From assembly GCF_902713615.1 (NCBI RefSeq), contig NC_052170.1:4216001-4280000 (forward strand): DNA of 64,000 bases, written 5' to 3'. The translations under genes were made by a program, and so were the position numbers. The DNA comes from Scyliorhinus canicula. Lineage: Eukaryota. Numbering within the stretch: the stretch's first letter is position 1; each line of letters starts with the position of its first letter. Positions 24,775-38,120 of this stretch are shown in pieces. The notes below the pieces were generated by a model, which worked only from the letters and a program-made list of their open reading frames with translations, was not told the DNA's origin and ran no database searches.

Positions 24775-25590
24775 GTAAGTTTCCAAGTCTCTCTCTCTCT
24801 CTCTCTCTCTCCTCGCCCCCGAATCCCGCTCTCTCTCTCCTCGCCCCCGAATCCCGCTGTTCTCTCTGCACAAGGCCATTTGGCCCTTTGCTCCTGCCCT
24901 GGTACTAGCTCAGTGTCAGATTTGGGCGGCTCGTTAGCACAGTGGTTAGCACTGTTGCTTCACAGCTCCAGGGACCCGCGTCCTATTCCCGGCTTGGTCA
25001 CTGTGCGGAGTCTGCACGTTCTCCCCGTGTCTGCGTAGGTTTCCTCCCGGGTGCTCCGGTTTCCTCCCACAGGTCCCGAAAGACTTGCTTGTTAGGTGAA
25101 TTGGCCATTCTGAATTCTCCCTCTGTGTATCCAAACAGGCGTCGGAATGTGGCGACTAGGGGCTTCTCACAGTAACATCATTGTCATGCTAACGTAAGCC
25201 TACTTGTGACACTAATAAACATTATTATTATTTTGCTCTCTTTCCGTAGTTTTTTCACACCCGTTGTTTGTTTTCGTCGGGTATTTAATTCCACCCTAGA
25301 TTTTCATCCCCCCCCCCCCCCCCCCCCCCATCACCAGCTGCCTGGTGCCTAAACTCCAGAACCGTCTCCCTAAACACCTCCCACTCTTTCTTCAAGACCT
25401 CCCTGATCAATCAAGCTTTGGGTCACCTCCCATTGAAGTTCGGACTCTGGTTTTGTTTGATGTTCGTGTGAAGTACGTTCGATTACATTGAAGGAGCTAT
25501 GTAAATGGGAGATATTTACTCTCCTGGTGATGGTGGATTGTCCAATGCCTGTTGGTCCCGAGACTGATGGGAACTTTCTGTCTTTGCCAG

Positions 25591-25667
25591 CTCGCCGCCA
25601 GTGGTGCGTCATCGTTGTTCTTCTCGTCATCCTGGTCGTGGTGCTTATATTGCTCTTCACTCTGTGA
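25591..25667 (+). CDS. STX10: Syntaxin-10 last coding exon (ARRQWCVIVVLLVILVVVLILLFTL*, tail anchor)
   Basis: cag acceptor, C-terminal transmembrane helix, TGA; total CDS 762 nt = 253 aa. Confidence 0.94.
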
Positions 25668-26314
25668 TCGCTAAGCCGGGACTCTTAACTGTGTACGACA
25701 CGGGTTGCCAAGGGAGATCAGCAACTGGAACATCTGTCGTGGGAGAGGGCAGGAGCAAGTTACTCAGAGTTACACTTGGATCAGGGCAGAGTCCCATCAA
25801 TGGCGACTTGTCTTTTTTGGTTACTTTTTGACTGGGTGCTGTATCCAATGTGACAACCTTGCTGCACAAAACGGGGGGGGGGGGGGATTGTAAAATACCA
25901 CATCATTCTTTTTGAAATATGTTAACTTGTACATTTCACGATGTCAGTAGTGGACACAGTAGTACCTTTAGAATCGGACAAAATTTAGTGTCCAACCTTT
26001 TTAATAAATAATGCAAATTAATCTGCAAGAGTCTCCTCTTACTGACAGCCATTGGATCCCTCTCTGCTCAGCGTTGGGGGTGATGTGGAATTGCCTGGGC
26101 AATGGGCAGGTCTTAGGGAGATTAGATTCTCAATAATTCTCTCGCTCCCTCTTCTTGAGCAACTCCTGCTAAAAGCATCCCACAATCTGACTCCTCTTTG
26201 AAGGGGTTTTACTTGAACTGTTTGACCTTGCAAGGAAGGCACTGCAATTCTCTTCTGAATCAGAAAGCTGCGCATTCGAGTGACTGGAACGCACAAATCA
26301 AGCTGACACTCTCA

Positions 26315-26950
26315 GGGCAGTACTGAGGGAGTGCCGCACTGTCAGAGGGTCAGTACTGAGGGAGCGCCGCACTGTCAGAGGGTCAGTACTGAGGGAGCGC
26401 AGCACTGTCAGAGGGTCAGTACTGAGGGAGCGCCGCACCGTCAGAGGGTCAGTACTGAGGGAGCGCAGCACTGTCAGAAGGTCAGTACTGAGGGAGTGCC
26501 GCACTGTCAGAGGGTCAGTACTGAGGGAGTGCCGCACTGTCAGAGGGTCAGTACTGAGGGAGTGCTGCACTGTCAGAGGGTCAGTACTGAGGGAGTGCTG
26601 CACTGTCAGAGTGTCAGTACTGAGGCAGTGCCGGGCAGTCAGAGGGTCAGTACTGAGGGAGTGTTGCACTATCGGAGGGTCAGCACTGAGGGAGCACTGC
26701 ACTGTCAGAGGGTCAGTACTGAGGGAGTGCTGCACTATCGGAGGGTCAGCACTGAGGGAGCGCTGCACTGTCAGAGGGTCAGTACTGAGGGAATGCTGCA
26801 CTGTCAGAGGGTCAGTACTGAGGGAGTGCTGCACTGTCAGAGGGTCAGTACTGAGGGAGTGCTGGGCAGTCAGAGGGTCAGTAATGAGGGAGTGCCGCAC
26901 TGTCAGAGGGTCAGTGCTGAGGGAGCACTGTACTGAAGGAGGGCTGTACT
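26315..26950 (+). repeat. 33-bp minisatellite (GTCAGTACTGAGGGAGTGCTGCACTGTCAGAGG), ~19 units
   Basis: Tandem array downstream of the STX10 stop. Confidence 0.95.
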
Positions 26951-27763
26951 GAGATGCATCATTTGGATGAGATGTAATAAAATACGTATTTAAATTAGCT
27001 CATTGCCCTCCGTTAAAGGACAGAGATTTGCAGTAAGTTGTGTTCCACACTAGTCAACGCTCATCCCATCAACATAGGTTTTTCCTCCCTCAGTCACTGC
27101 ATTAGCTTCCCCTTAACTACCCGTAATATGTGTTATTGTCTCCACATCAGAGTTTTCTGTACTGGAAATATAGTGCGGCTCTTTCCTGTGTGACAGCTCT
27201 ATCAGTTGCAGTCTGATACTGACCGGCTGCCCTTTTGTTTACCTACATGTTAGTGTGCCCAAGATCAGGAACTCAGCTGGGGAGGATGGATTCGATGTCA
27301 AGTCCATGCTCTATTCGTCTGTGGCCTGACCCCAATCATTGCTTCACTCGGTATTAGTCCATCTCTCACTTCACTTTATCAGACTGACCTTTGATAGGTT
27401 TCATCAATCAGAAAGTGTAATGTTTAGTTTCCATCTTCCCTCCCTCCATTTCTCTGCTGTTTACTACAGAGAGTGAATCCTCTGTCTGGTACTATGCAAA
27501 CTTCAGCCGTCAGTTTGGGAGTGAGTTTAATTAACGCCCTGTTAGTAAACCACACAATCAAGATGAACCGCCCACATCGGGCCAACTTTGCCACCATTTA
27601 GAAATGCCAAATAATTTGGTCTGTTTATTTTTTGTACTGTGTATCTTGTTTCAGCCAAGCTTGCATTTCCTTTTTGCCTTCACAATAACATTTTCTGTAT
27701 TTTGATGGTTTGTAGGTTTAAATTATTATAAAAAGGTGTCAAAACTATTTTGAGATTTGAGAG

Positions 27764-27784
27764 AATAAAAACAGTTGAAATAAA
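27764..27784 (+). terminator. Candidate distal STX10 poly(A) signals (proximal alternatives at 26003 and 26976)
   Basis: Two AATAAA hexamers after a U-rich, TGTA-containing UTR-like stretch. Confidence 0.5.
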
Positions 27785-28761
27785 TGTCAGACATATTTCA
27801 TTCCTCCAATCCCTTTTCATTCCTCCAATCCCTTTTCATTCCTCCAATCCCTTTTGACTCCCTTACCTAATGCCAGGACCCTTGAGGTTTTAGGATTGGA
27901 TGAGTCCCGGAAAGATCGATTCTCCAAATCGGACAGGTTATTTGATTCTGGGGGAAGGCTGGAAAATCCTGGCCCCACACCTGGTGCATTGTTTCAAGCA
28001 GAGGATGGCTGGGAAGGGGAGAGGTGGTGGAGGTGAGAGGAGAGGGGTGACAGAGGTGAGAGGGGGTCCTAGAGTGTAGCCAAGACCATCTAACTGGATG
28101 ATAATCTTTTATTATTGTCACAAGTAGGCTTACATTAACACTGCAATGAAGTTACTGTGAAAGTCGCCACATTCCGGCGCCTGTTCGGGTACACAGAGGG
28201 AGAATTCAGAATGTCCAATTCACCTAACCTGCACGTCTTGTGGGACTTGTGGGAGGAAACCGGAGCACCCGGAGAGAACCCACGCAGACACGGGGAGAAT
28301 GTGCAGACTCTGCACAGACATTGACCCAAACCGGGAGTTGAACCTGGGACCCTGGCGCTGTGAAGCAACAGTGCTAACCATTGTGCTACCGTGCCACCCA
28401 AGAGAATGATCTAACCTGCTCCATTAGCAGCTTTTAGTACCAAAACACAAAAAAAACTGGATTTGTGGAAAATATAACTGGACAAATGTTTATCTGGACC
28501 TTCTGATATTTTTCTATCTGCTACTTCAGTAGGGGAGGGTGGGGGTGTTAACTGCTGTGAAATAGCCGGCAGTGAGAGCATTAGAATAGAGTAGAGTCCC
28601 CCAAATAGGCAGTGGTGAATTGGCACAGATTTCACTCAGGTGGGATGTAGAACAAGCAGCATCTGTTTTGTTCAATTGCACATTCATTCACCTCTGTCAC
28701 CAACCGTCGCTTCTAGTCGAAGCAGCAAGTGACTAGGCAGGAAGGAAAAAAAACTCATCTT

Positions 28762-28767
28762 TTTAAT
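28762..28767 (-). terminator. Candidate distal NACC1 poly(A) signal (implies a ~6 kb 3' UTR)
   Basis: ATTAAA on the minus strand followed by a U-tract and preceded by TGTA-rich, AU-rich UTR-like sequence. Confidence 0.45.
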
Positions 28768-31700
28768 AGTCACAGGCTATGTGATACATAAACTTTACAA
28801 GTATTGGTCAATAGAAGCAGTAGCTGGAAAAACATTTATGCACAAGTATTTTGTACAAAACTGCTATGATATTAAAAATGCCGATCGCACGAACTACATA
28901 CAAATGACACTGATATACAATGTAAGGCAATAGCAACAACAAGCCATCAGCAATGACTCCGGACTTGTATAATGATGATCTTCCCCCACCCGGCCCCCCT
29001 CTTCAAACTAAATTTAAATCGACAATAGTTAAGCCAAAATAAGAACTATATATACACATTACCCTAAAAATGCTTTTTTTAAATTACTTTTTTTAGAAGC
29101 TAAAAAAAAAATCCTTTCCTCACAGATTACAGGTAAAAGTGCAGTCATCAAGGAAATCCTTGGCAGGTGAGAGAAAAGCTGTAGATGACAAAAGGGAGGC
29201 GAGATATTACTGGCTGACCAAAAGAAAGTGGCAAACCCGTTTAACACGTTCCTCCTTCAGTTCTTGAAGCCCATGCTCAGCCAGGTTGGATGCTAAGTCA
29301 CCATTCTCTTAACCCACAAACCCTGGGATTCAAACTATTACTTGTAAATGGAGGAACTGCTGAAATTAGTCATTTGGAAAAGTAGTATTAAAGCTATGAT
29401 TTCTATTTTGAGAAGTAGTCTACTATGCAATTATTTGGAGCCTAGATATCTCTTTCATGAGGTTCTCTTTCCCCCCCACCTCTCGTAAGTAACTCTCTAC
29501 GTCACTGACTCCAGTGTCATTCGAAAGGTATTCTAATCTAAAACACGGTCTTTTGAGGTGGGAGGGAGAAGGCTAAATTGTGCTGGGTCCTAAAGAACAG
29601 ATGTGTTATGAGGCTGTGGCGTATTTGGAAGGCTACCATTCCTCCAAATGAACACATTTAACACGACCCTCAGTTTTACAGCGAAATCACTCAACCCTCA
29701 GCTTGCATTGTACAGAATTCCAGACCTATTCAGTCCCAGGAAAAGCACGTTGATTGATTCGATCATTTCCCGCTCACTGTTTCCAATTCCTTGCCCAAGC
29801 ACAAACTTTTCCCGAAATGTGAGTTCTCACATTTAAGTCAGTGAAGCAATTCAGTAATCATTTGCACACTCATAGATTATTTGTATAAAGGTCTCTGAAT
29901 TTGGTTCCAGTGACAGTACACATCATTGTAAACACACTAAAGCATTAATATCGAGTTGATCGTCTCCGGTCTTCCCCATAATTCAGTGGTTCCGTTTAAT
30001 ATTAAGACATCATTCATTGCGATTGTGCCTAACTTTAATCTTTTGCGTTGTCATTCTGCCTCGTTTGGCAGGACCAGATCACTGGGAGCAAATTGAAAAG
30101 CAGTAATTCAGCTCATCAATTCAGATTGTGCCGCAGTCCTTCCAATTGCTAACTGTTACTCTTAAGTCATTTTAAAAAAATGTTTTTAAAAGTTTATTGT
30201 CTGGAGAGTGATTTCTTGGTTTGAGTGTCAGTCACTCCTCGGTTAGTAATTCTCCCATTACCCAGCCACAATGACATTTCCTAAATCAGAATGTAGACTC
30301 ACAGCATCCGACTAAGGGCACTTTTGGCCTGAATGCACAAATTGGCAGACAGAAGAAGTTTGCACTCCACCAGATTAAGTGGGATTGGAACCTTGGAACA
30401 CGAGTGCCTCCCTGCTGCGTATCGTGGAGGCAAAGTAAGAGGGGCGAGGCCTGGAATCTGATCCCGCACCACATCTCAAGGGCAACTAGGGATGGGCAAT
30501 AAAGATGCTGGTCGAGCCAGCGATACTAGAAAGTAATCCACTGGCTGTGTAGCACTCTGATTGTAGCTGGTTTCAGACACTGACTCTGACTGACTGTGTA
30601 GCTGGTTTCAGAGACTGACTCAATAGATGCTTAGACTCTTTGGAAATCAAGGGATACGGGGATCAGGCGGGAAAGTGGAAATGAGGTACTGGCTGGACCA
30701 TGAACAGTGGAGTTGGTTCGAGGGGCCGAATGGCACACTCCCATTTCTTACATTCTGAAGGTCTAACGGGGAGGTGAGTGAGGCACATCCTGATCACTAT
30801 CAGGTGTTGGCTGATGACACCATCAAACTTGGCAGCGATGCTCCTCATAGTCAAACAGTCAGAGGGTGCAAGGCCCCCGGGTTCACACGTGGCTACTTGG
30901 CTGAGGTACCGAGGAGAGTCTAAGGTCTTTTTGAAATCTTGAATTGATTGAGAAAGGTGTTAAAACAAGGGAGTTAGTTATTTCACTCCTTCTCTAAATG
31001 TAAAAATATCCCAAATTTGAATCTTTAAAATTGCAATACTGAAAAGATCTGATTGCCGAGTAGAACAATAATTCCCAAATTCCTCTGCCTTTCACTCGGA
31101 TTCTCAAAATGACAGAAAATGATAGTTTTTGGGCAGGAAATTGGAAGTGGCGGGGAAGACGCCGGGTATTGTGATAGGAGGATTTCTTTAAGGGGCTCCT
31201 TCCTATGAAAACCCAGGTGACTTCAAACAGGAGCGCCTCCTGGGATGTGGCGTTGGTAAATTGTGATTGGCAATGGAAAACCCAAGGTATTCCTCATACC
31301 AATGATGGTATTCCACACGGCAGGATATTGAGCTTTATCGCCACTATAGTCTCATTATTTGAACACAGTTTCGGATACCTTCACCTGACTCCACCCCAAC
31401 TCCTGAATGGGCGACTTGGGTCGATCGTACTATTGTACATTGGGTTGGAGAGATTTCACAGACTAATAGTTTCAACGCTAACCTCTTTACCTTCCCGTAC
31501 CCTGCAGCTGCACATCACCTACGGCTGCACAACTCCGAGTTTATCTTCTGTGATCGCTTTAAACAGCAATTTCCTTTTATCGATACCGTTCTATGGGCAA
31601 CTATCTGGTGCAAGGGGATTAGTGCCATTGAACAGTAACTGGCATCTCTACAATTCACATTCCGATTACACATAGCAGACCTTTGTCTCCACTGTAAATC

Positions 31701-33439
31701 TTGTTACAGAACTCACTGGCATTGATTTCCATTAATTAAGAGAAAGATCTTGCCCGGGGCATAGGTAGCCAGCATAACTAAGGTGAAATGCTTACTGTTT
31801 ACACAAACCTAATGGTAAAAACAGAATGCTGATGTTCCTTTCAGTGAAGGCCCTATTCTAGACTCCCTAACAAATCAATTCCTTACCCCTATTCAAAAAT
31901 ACACAAAATATTTTCTAGAACAATAGGATAATCTTTAAAGTGTGCATTTCCCACTAACTCACACCCTCTCCCTAAATTGGATGTGATTATAGTCGACATC
32001 ACAATACATCCTATTAATCAAACAAAGCGATTACCGTTTCGATATCTTTTCGACTGCTGCCTTTGGTGACCCATGTTGAGTAGATGTCACTCAGCCGCTT
32101 GTGTGTCAGTTTTGTGCTGATTGAGGTGAGGGATGGAATATCCAACATCAGTAACAAGAACCTCAGGTCAGGTACAGAACCACTTGATGAAGTGAAGCCC
32201 TCTCCTACACTGCCTTAGCAAGGATACATCGCCTTGGCTACACAAAAGGAATTCCTAGCCACTTCCCACTCCATCCACCTTCTGGAGCTAAAGCCGGGAC
32301 AGTTTATGACCTGTGGGTCATGGAGACAAGACGGAGATTGCCCAGAATGGTCCCACAGGTCTGTGCTGCTATTCAACATAGGTTCCAGAGGTTAAAGACC
32401 AGAGTTTAACTCACCAAACTTCCTGGTCTCCAGTTGCACCCCTTCCCAGTCCATGATCTACACCCCTATTCGGTAGTTAAAGAGCAGAAGGGGAGATTTA
32501 ATAGGAGGAACACAATTACATGGGACTCTGATAGATTAGGTAGAGAGAAAGTGGCAGTGACACAAGGCTGAATAGCCAGAGGGTAAAGGTTGATGGTAAT
32601 TAGTGGAAAAAACAGTGGGAAGGCGAGAAGAATATTTTTACTCAGTGAGTTACTATGATCAGGAATGCACTGTCTGAGGGAACTGTGGAAATAGATTCAA
32701 TAGTGACTTTCACTAGGAAATTATATACTTGAAAGGGTAAATATTGTTGGGCTGTGGGGGAAAGGACAGGGGTGTCGGACTAATCAGATACTGTTTCAGA
32801 GAGCTCGAATAGACCTCCTGTACTGTCTCGTTCTATGATTCAATTATTCGACTCTCATTATCCATGGGCTTCATTGCCCTATTATGTATTCTCATGTACT
32901 TTCTTGAATTCTGTTTAATTCCCTTTTCTTCCCATGTACCGAATGATCTGTTGAGCTGCTTGCAGAAAAATACTTTTCACTGTACCTCGGTACACGTGAC
33001 AATAAATAAATCCAATCCAATCCAATCCATTGTTTTTTTTAAAATAAATTTAAAGTACCCAATTCTTTATTTGAATTAAGGGGCAATTTAGCGTGGCCAA
33101 TCCACCTAACCTGCACATCTTTGGATTGTGGGGGCGAAACCCACGCAGACACGGGGAGAATGTGCAAACTCCACACGGACAGTGACCCAGAGCCGGGATC
33201 GAACCTGGGACCTCGGCGCCGTGAGGCAGCAGTGCTAACCACTGCGCCACCGTGCTGCCCTGGACTTCATTGTTGGACAAAGCTTTAAACAAGAAATTGC
33301 TTCTCTGGACAGCTTTCTAATTTTTTTTTGGTATTTGTCTTGCGTTAAGACTTTATTCTGGAGCTGTGGGTCTGAGTCACCTGTCATTCTCTGGTGGGAG
33401 TGGCGACTCCTCCATTATGGTGAATATGAAAATTCCACT

Positions 33440-33585
33440 GCATGTGCGTGTAAGAGGGTGTGTGTGCACCTGTGTATATATGGATGTATGTGTGTGCACG
33501 TGTGTGTGCATGTGTATTTGTGCATGTGTGTGTATGTGCATATGTGTGTGTGTGTATGTATGTGCATATGTGTCTGCGAGTGAAT
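33440..33585. repeat. Imperfect (TG/TA/CA) alternating purine-pyrimidine tract
   Basis: TGTGTGCATGTGTATTTGTGCATGTGTGTG... Confidence 0.85.
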
Positions 33586-34822
33586 GCATCAGATATTGTA
33601 TCACATTGAAGGTAAGTAGGTTAACAAATAAAGTACCATTGGTTCTGTACTGATTCCCACTGCCTGACGGGATCCCCTTGTCGTCCCTGGGGTTTTGTCT
33701 CTTACATAGAAAATACAGTGCAGAAGGAGGCCATTCAGCCCATCGAGTCTGCACCATCCCACTTAAGCCATCACATCAACCTATCCCTCTAACCCAATAA
33801 CCCCATCTAACCTTTTTGGTCACTAAGGGCAATTTATCCTGGCCAATCCACATAACCTGCACGTCTTTGGACTGTGGGAGGAAACCGGAGCATCCGGAGG
33901 AAGCCCACGCAGACACGGGGAGAACGTGTAGACTCCGCACAGACAGTGACCCAGTGGGGAATCGAATCTGGGACCCTGCCGCTGTGAAGCCACAGTGCTA
34001 TCCACTTGTGCTACTGTGCTGCCCACAAAATCTTACGGTTTTGTTGATTACATTCATTTTACCTTTAAAGGGCTGAGTGAGGAAGAAACATGGCCAGTGA
34101 AAGGATTTGGAAAGGATTTAGTGGATGTGTTGTGAAAAGGGGAGTTAAGTGGGTAGTTATTTTTTTTAAAAACTGGTTTGTGGGAAAATTGAGTCACTCG
34201 GAACCCTGGGTTAAAGATGCATTTGTAAAATTAGCTCACACACTTTAGCAGAGAAAGTCTGTGAAATAATTATTGCAGTGTAAACGTCCTGCTCCAGCAA
34301 ACTGGGAATGATCTTGAGGAGTGAAATCTGCCCTCCTCATCGGCGCAAAATGTTTACAGTAAGCAGCACGGCTACCATTGCCCGGGAAAGGTTAAGCGCT
34401 GCTGCAGTAAAAAGAGCAGTTCAAAAAAAACCCTTCAAGATTGTAGCTTATGAGACTATCATTAAATATTATTGTAGTGTTGATTTAGGGAAACAAACGG
34501 CCGGATTTTCGCGAAAGACACAAACCTCGCGCCACCGCCCCCTCCGACACAATACAGAATGGTGGGTGTCACCTTCGGGATATCACACAGCGAGGGAGAA
34601 ACGGCCTAATCAATTACATTCAGCACCCCCTCCCCCCCCCACCGCCGTACCCACATTCTTTCATTCCTTCATGCCCATCACTGCAGAATAAATAGTTGTT
34701 TGTTTCTGTACCTCTAACAGTGTTTGTGTGCACAAGATGCCAGATTTTTGTGTGTTCTGCAACTCATGGGTCATTCTAGATTGAACCCTGGATTTTGACA
34801 CCTCCGTCCGAGGTGGCTTCAG

Positions 34823-35088
34823 TCACTGAGTGGACTCCAGGGAAGACCCCGCTTCGCCCTCGTGATTGGCGGCCTCGAAGGCCTGCTCTGCATTCAGTAC
34901 ATCCGAGTCGAGGTTGACTCCTGTTGTGTCCGAGATAAAGGAGGTGTAGGCGTCTCCTTCCACCATCAGCAGCTTGAGTTTGGGAATCCAGCTCTTCCGG
35001 ACTACTCGGCGGGCGTTGGTGCACATGTCGGCCGCGATGGCATTCATCTCACTCTCCTTGAAGTTGGGTGCAAAGTTTTGGCAGTAGA
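34823..35088 (-). CDS. NACC1: NACC1 last coding exon ([34 protein letters not shown]...ESTQ*)
   Basis: End of the BEN domain; cag acceptor at 35089-35091; TGA; total CDS 1479 nt = 492 aa. Confidence 0.94.
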
Positions 35089-35194
35089 CTGCAGAGGGTG
35101 AGGTGAGGGGCGAAAAACAGCACCAGCATTAGAACCAACCTCAAATATTCAACACTGCAGTTTCTGTTTTGTTTAATCCATCCCCAGTTTTCTC

Positions 35195-35792
35195 GGGCTG
35201 GATTCTCCGTTCCTGCGGCTAATGTGTCGGCGTGAACCGAGACTAGGCGGGAGGTTTACGTGGGAAAAAAAAATAGGCGCAAACCCCTCGCCGATTCCGG
35301 TACCGGTGAGGAGCTAGCACCGGCTGAAACTCCCGCCCCCAATGCTGAAAACGGCCCCGAGAATGGGCGGGTCCCGGGTCGCGATTGCGCACGGCTGACG
35401 ATCTGCAACGGTCACACCCCACATGGCGCCGGCCGTGCGCGGACCTGACCCCCCATCCGCGAACTTACAGCCCACCCCCTGGCCACCACCCACCAGTCTC
35501 CCACAGCCCTCGCAGAAGCTCCACCAGCCTGCGGTACAGATCCCAGCCGAGTGTGGCGGCGTTGGACACAGTCCACCCGGGTTCACGATTTGTGTGACCA
35601 CACGTGTCCCGCGCCGGCGGGAACTCGGCCCATCGGGGGGGGGGGGGGGGGGGCGCCAATGGCATTGCGACTGCGCGCGGGTCACGATGACGCCATTTCG
35701 GAGGGGAGCACCGCATGGCTGACCAGTGTCAGCCCATTCTCCGCCCAATCGCCGAACACGATTTCGGAGTCAGGCAACGGAGAATCCCGCCC
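35195..35792. mobile_element. GC-rich MITE, PIF/Harbinger-like
   Basis: TIRs GGGCTGGATTCTCCGTT/AACGGAGAATCCCGCCC; 3-bp TSD CTC; superfamily inferred from GGG-starting TIRs and the 3-bp TSD. Confidence 0.75.
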
Positions 35793-36175
35793 CTCATCTT
35801 TGAACGGTGCAAGGGCAGCACGGTGGCGCAGTGGTTAGCACTGCAGCCTCATGACGCCGAGGTCCCAGGTTCAATCCTGGCTCTGGGTCACTGTCTGTGT
35901 GGAGTTTGCATATTCTCCCCGTGTTTACGTGGGTCTCACCCCCACAACCCAAAGATGTGCAGGGTGGGTGAAGTGAACACGCTAAATTGCCCCTTAACTG
36001 GAAAAAATGAATTGGGTACTCTAAATATATTTTAAAAAACAATCTTTGAATGGTGCAGGGGCTCACTGGGGTGCAGTCCAGAGGTCCAACTCCGCGCTGG
36101 CATTCAGGGCAGCATCTTTCCTGTGTGTGGCTGAGCGTGTACAGGATTGAGAAGGGGCGTCACAAACAGATTGAC

Positions 36176-36333
36176 TCTGATCCTCAGCCACCATCCCAGT
36201 CATCACTCCATGATGATCAGAAACAGGACACTCGGCTGATTACCCAGTTACTGAATCTGATCCTCAGCCACCATCCCAGTCATCACTCCATGATGATCAG
36301 AAACAGGACGCTCGGCTGATTACCCAGTTACTG
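36176..36333. repeat. Direct tandem duplication of ~80 bp
   Basis: TCTGATCCTCAGCCACC...TTACCCAGTTACTG occurs twice, with one substitution. Confidence 0.9.
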
Positions 36334-37294
36334 GTTCTCAATAAGCACAAGGGACTGATTATTGCTCTGAGACCATTTTCTCTCTCTCAAGGCACTCAAT
36401 GTTAAATTGGAGCTCATTTTGATCTGGCAATTGGTTGTTATGCCACAATCAATGACTTGACCTCTCTCCATGAAATCCAGAGTGTGTTTTGTAAATAAGG
36501 CCGGTTAATATTTACTAAACCAAGCAACATACTGATCACAGCAGTGCACCGACTTTTAATTCCATTATTCTGCTTCTCTCGCTCATTCCTCCTTTAAAAC
36601 TTAACTTTTATTAACGCGTCTTTAAAATCCTTCTTTGTCTTGTGAAGTTTATTAGTCATAGGGTTGCTTTGTGTTAAGGGCACTTTATAAATGCAAGTTG
36701 TCTTTTTTTGGGCAGGTTTTCACTGCGTGGTGAAGTTTGAGTGAAAATCCCCCCAAATCGATTTTTGTTCATTTGAGCAAAAGAAAACATGTTTAATTAG
36801 AATTGTGCACATTTATATTGTGTTATATTGGAACGCAGAGGACTGCTAATAGAAGAAGACAGTGCAAAACCCTTGAGGAAACATCAATTTGAATAAGTGC
36901 CTTGTTGCTCATTTAATTTCACGGTTGATACAGCAGTTTTTCCAGAGTAAAATGAAAGAGGGAAGTGATTTTGACATTCAGCGAGGTAGCTCCATTTAAC
37001 CTATCGCAGTGCCAGATGAGAATGGGAGCTACATGACATTATGAAACAATTTCTTAAAAAAACACACACTAAACTAATTAGCCCTGACCATGGCTATGCA
37101 AATGAATGGCGACTCATTCTCAAGGCAGAATGATGCTAATTATTATCCTTCATTGATGCAAATTTGACTGGCCATTTAGAATTAATGAGTTTTATTTGAA
37201 AAAATTGAAAACATATTTTCTCTCTCGTTCCTCTCCTGGAGGTGCTGAAAGATTGCTGGAGGAAAGGTTCTGTGGCCACACGTTGACCTCTGGC

Positions 37295-38120
37295 CCATAA
37301 GATGGAGGAGCAGAAGTGGCCATTTGGCCCATCAAGTCAGCTCCGCCATTCAATGAGATTGTGACTGATCTGATGTGATAATTCTCAATTCCACTTTCCC
37401 GCCTTATCCCCATAACCCTCGATTCCCTCACTGATTAAAAATCTATCTCAGCCTTGAACATACTTAACGACCCGGCCTCTACAGCTCTCTGCGGTAACGG
37501 CCCGGCCTCTACAGCTCTCTGCGGTAACAGCCCGGCCTCTACAGCTCTCTGCGGTAACGGCCCGGCCTCTACAGCTCTCTGCGGTAACGGCCCGGCCCCT
37601 ACAGCTCTCTGCGGTAACGGCCCGGCCTCTACAGCTCTCTGCGGTAACGGCCCGGCCTCTACAGCTCTCTGCGGTAACGGCCCGGCCTCTACAGCTCTCT
37701 GCGGTAACGGCCCGGCCTCTACAGCTCTCTGCGGTAACGGCCCGGCCTCTACAGCTCTCTGCGGTAACGGCCCGGCCTCTACAGCTCTCTGCGGTAACGG
37801 CCCGGCCTCTACAGCTCTCTGCGGTAAAGAATTCCACAGATTCACTCCCCTCTGAGGGAAGAAATTCCTCCTCATCTCTATCTGAAATGGGTGACCCCCC
37901 TGACCCTGAGATTCTGCCCTCTGGTCCCAGACTCTCCCACAAGGGGAAACAACCTCTCAGCATCGACCCTGTCAAACCCCCTGAGAATCCGATATGTCTC
38001 AATAAGGTCGCCTCTCATTCGTCTAAACTCCAATGAGTACAGGCCCAACCTATTCAACCTCTCCTTGTAAGAAAATCCCTCCACACCCGGGATCAACCTA
38101 GTGAAACTTCTCTGGACTGC
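37295..38120 (-). mobile_element. CR1/HER1-type LINE 3' fragment with an internal 30-bp array
   Basis: YKERLNRLGLYSLEFRRMRGDLIETYRIL; RRNFFPQRGVNLWNSLPQRAVEA; 3' tail. Confidence 0.88.
37471..37827 (+). repeat. 30-bp tandem array, 12 copies, inside a CR1 LINE
   Basis: CCCGGCCTCTACAGCTCTCTGCGGTAACGG x12, nearly identical. Confidence 0.96.

Noticed and set aside
27109-27120. U12 branch-like CCTTAAC downstream of STX10
   Set aside because: No matching U12 donor or exon found; likely chance
31205-31675. 156-aa plus-strand ORF
   Set aside because: No recognisable domain or exon context; antisense to the probable NACC1 3' UTR
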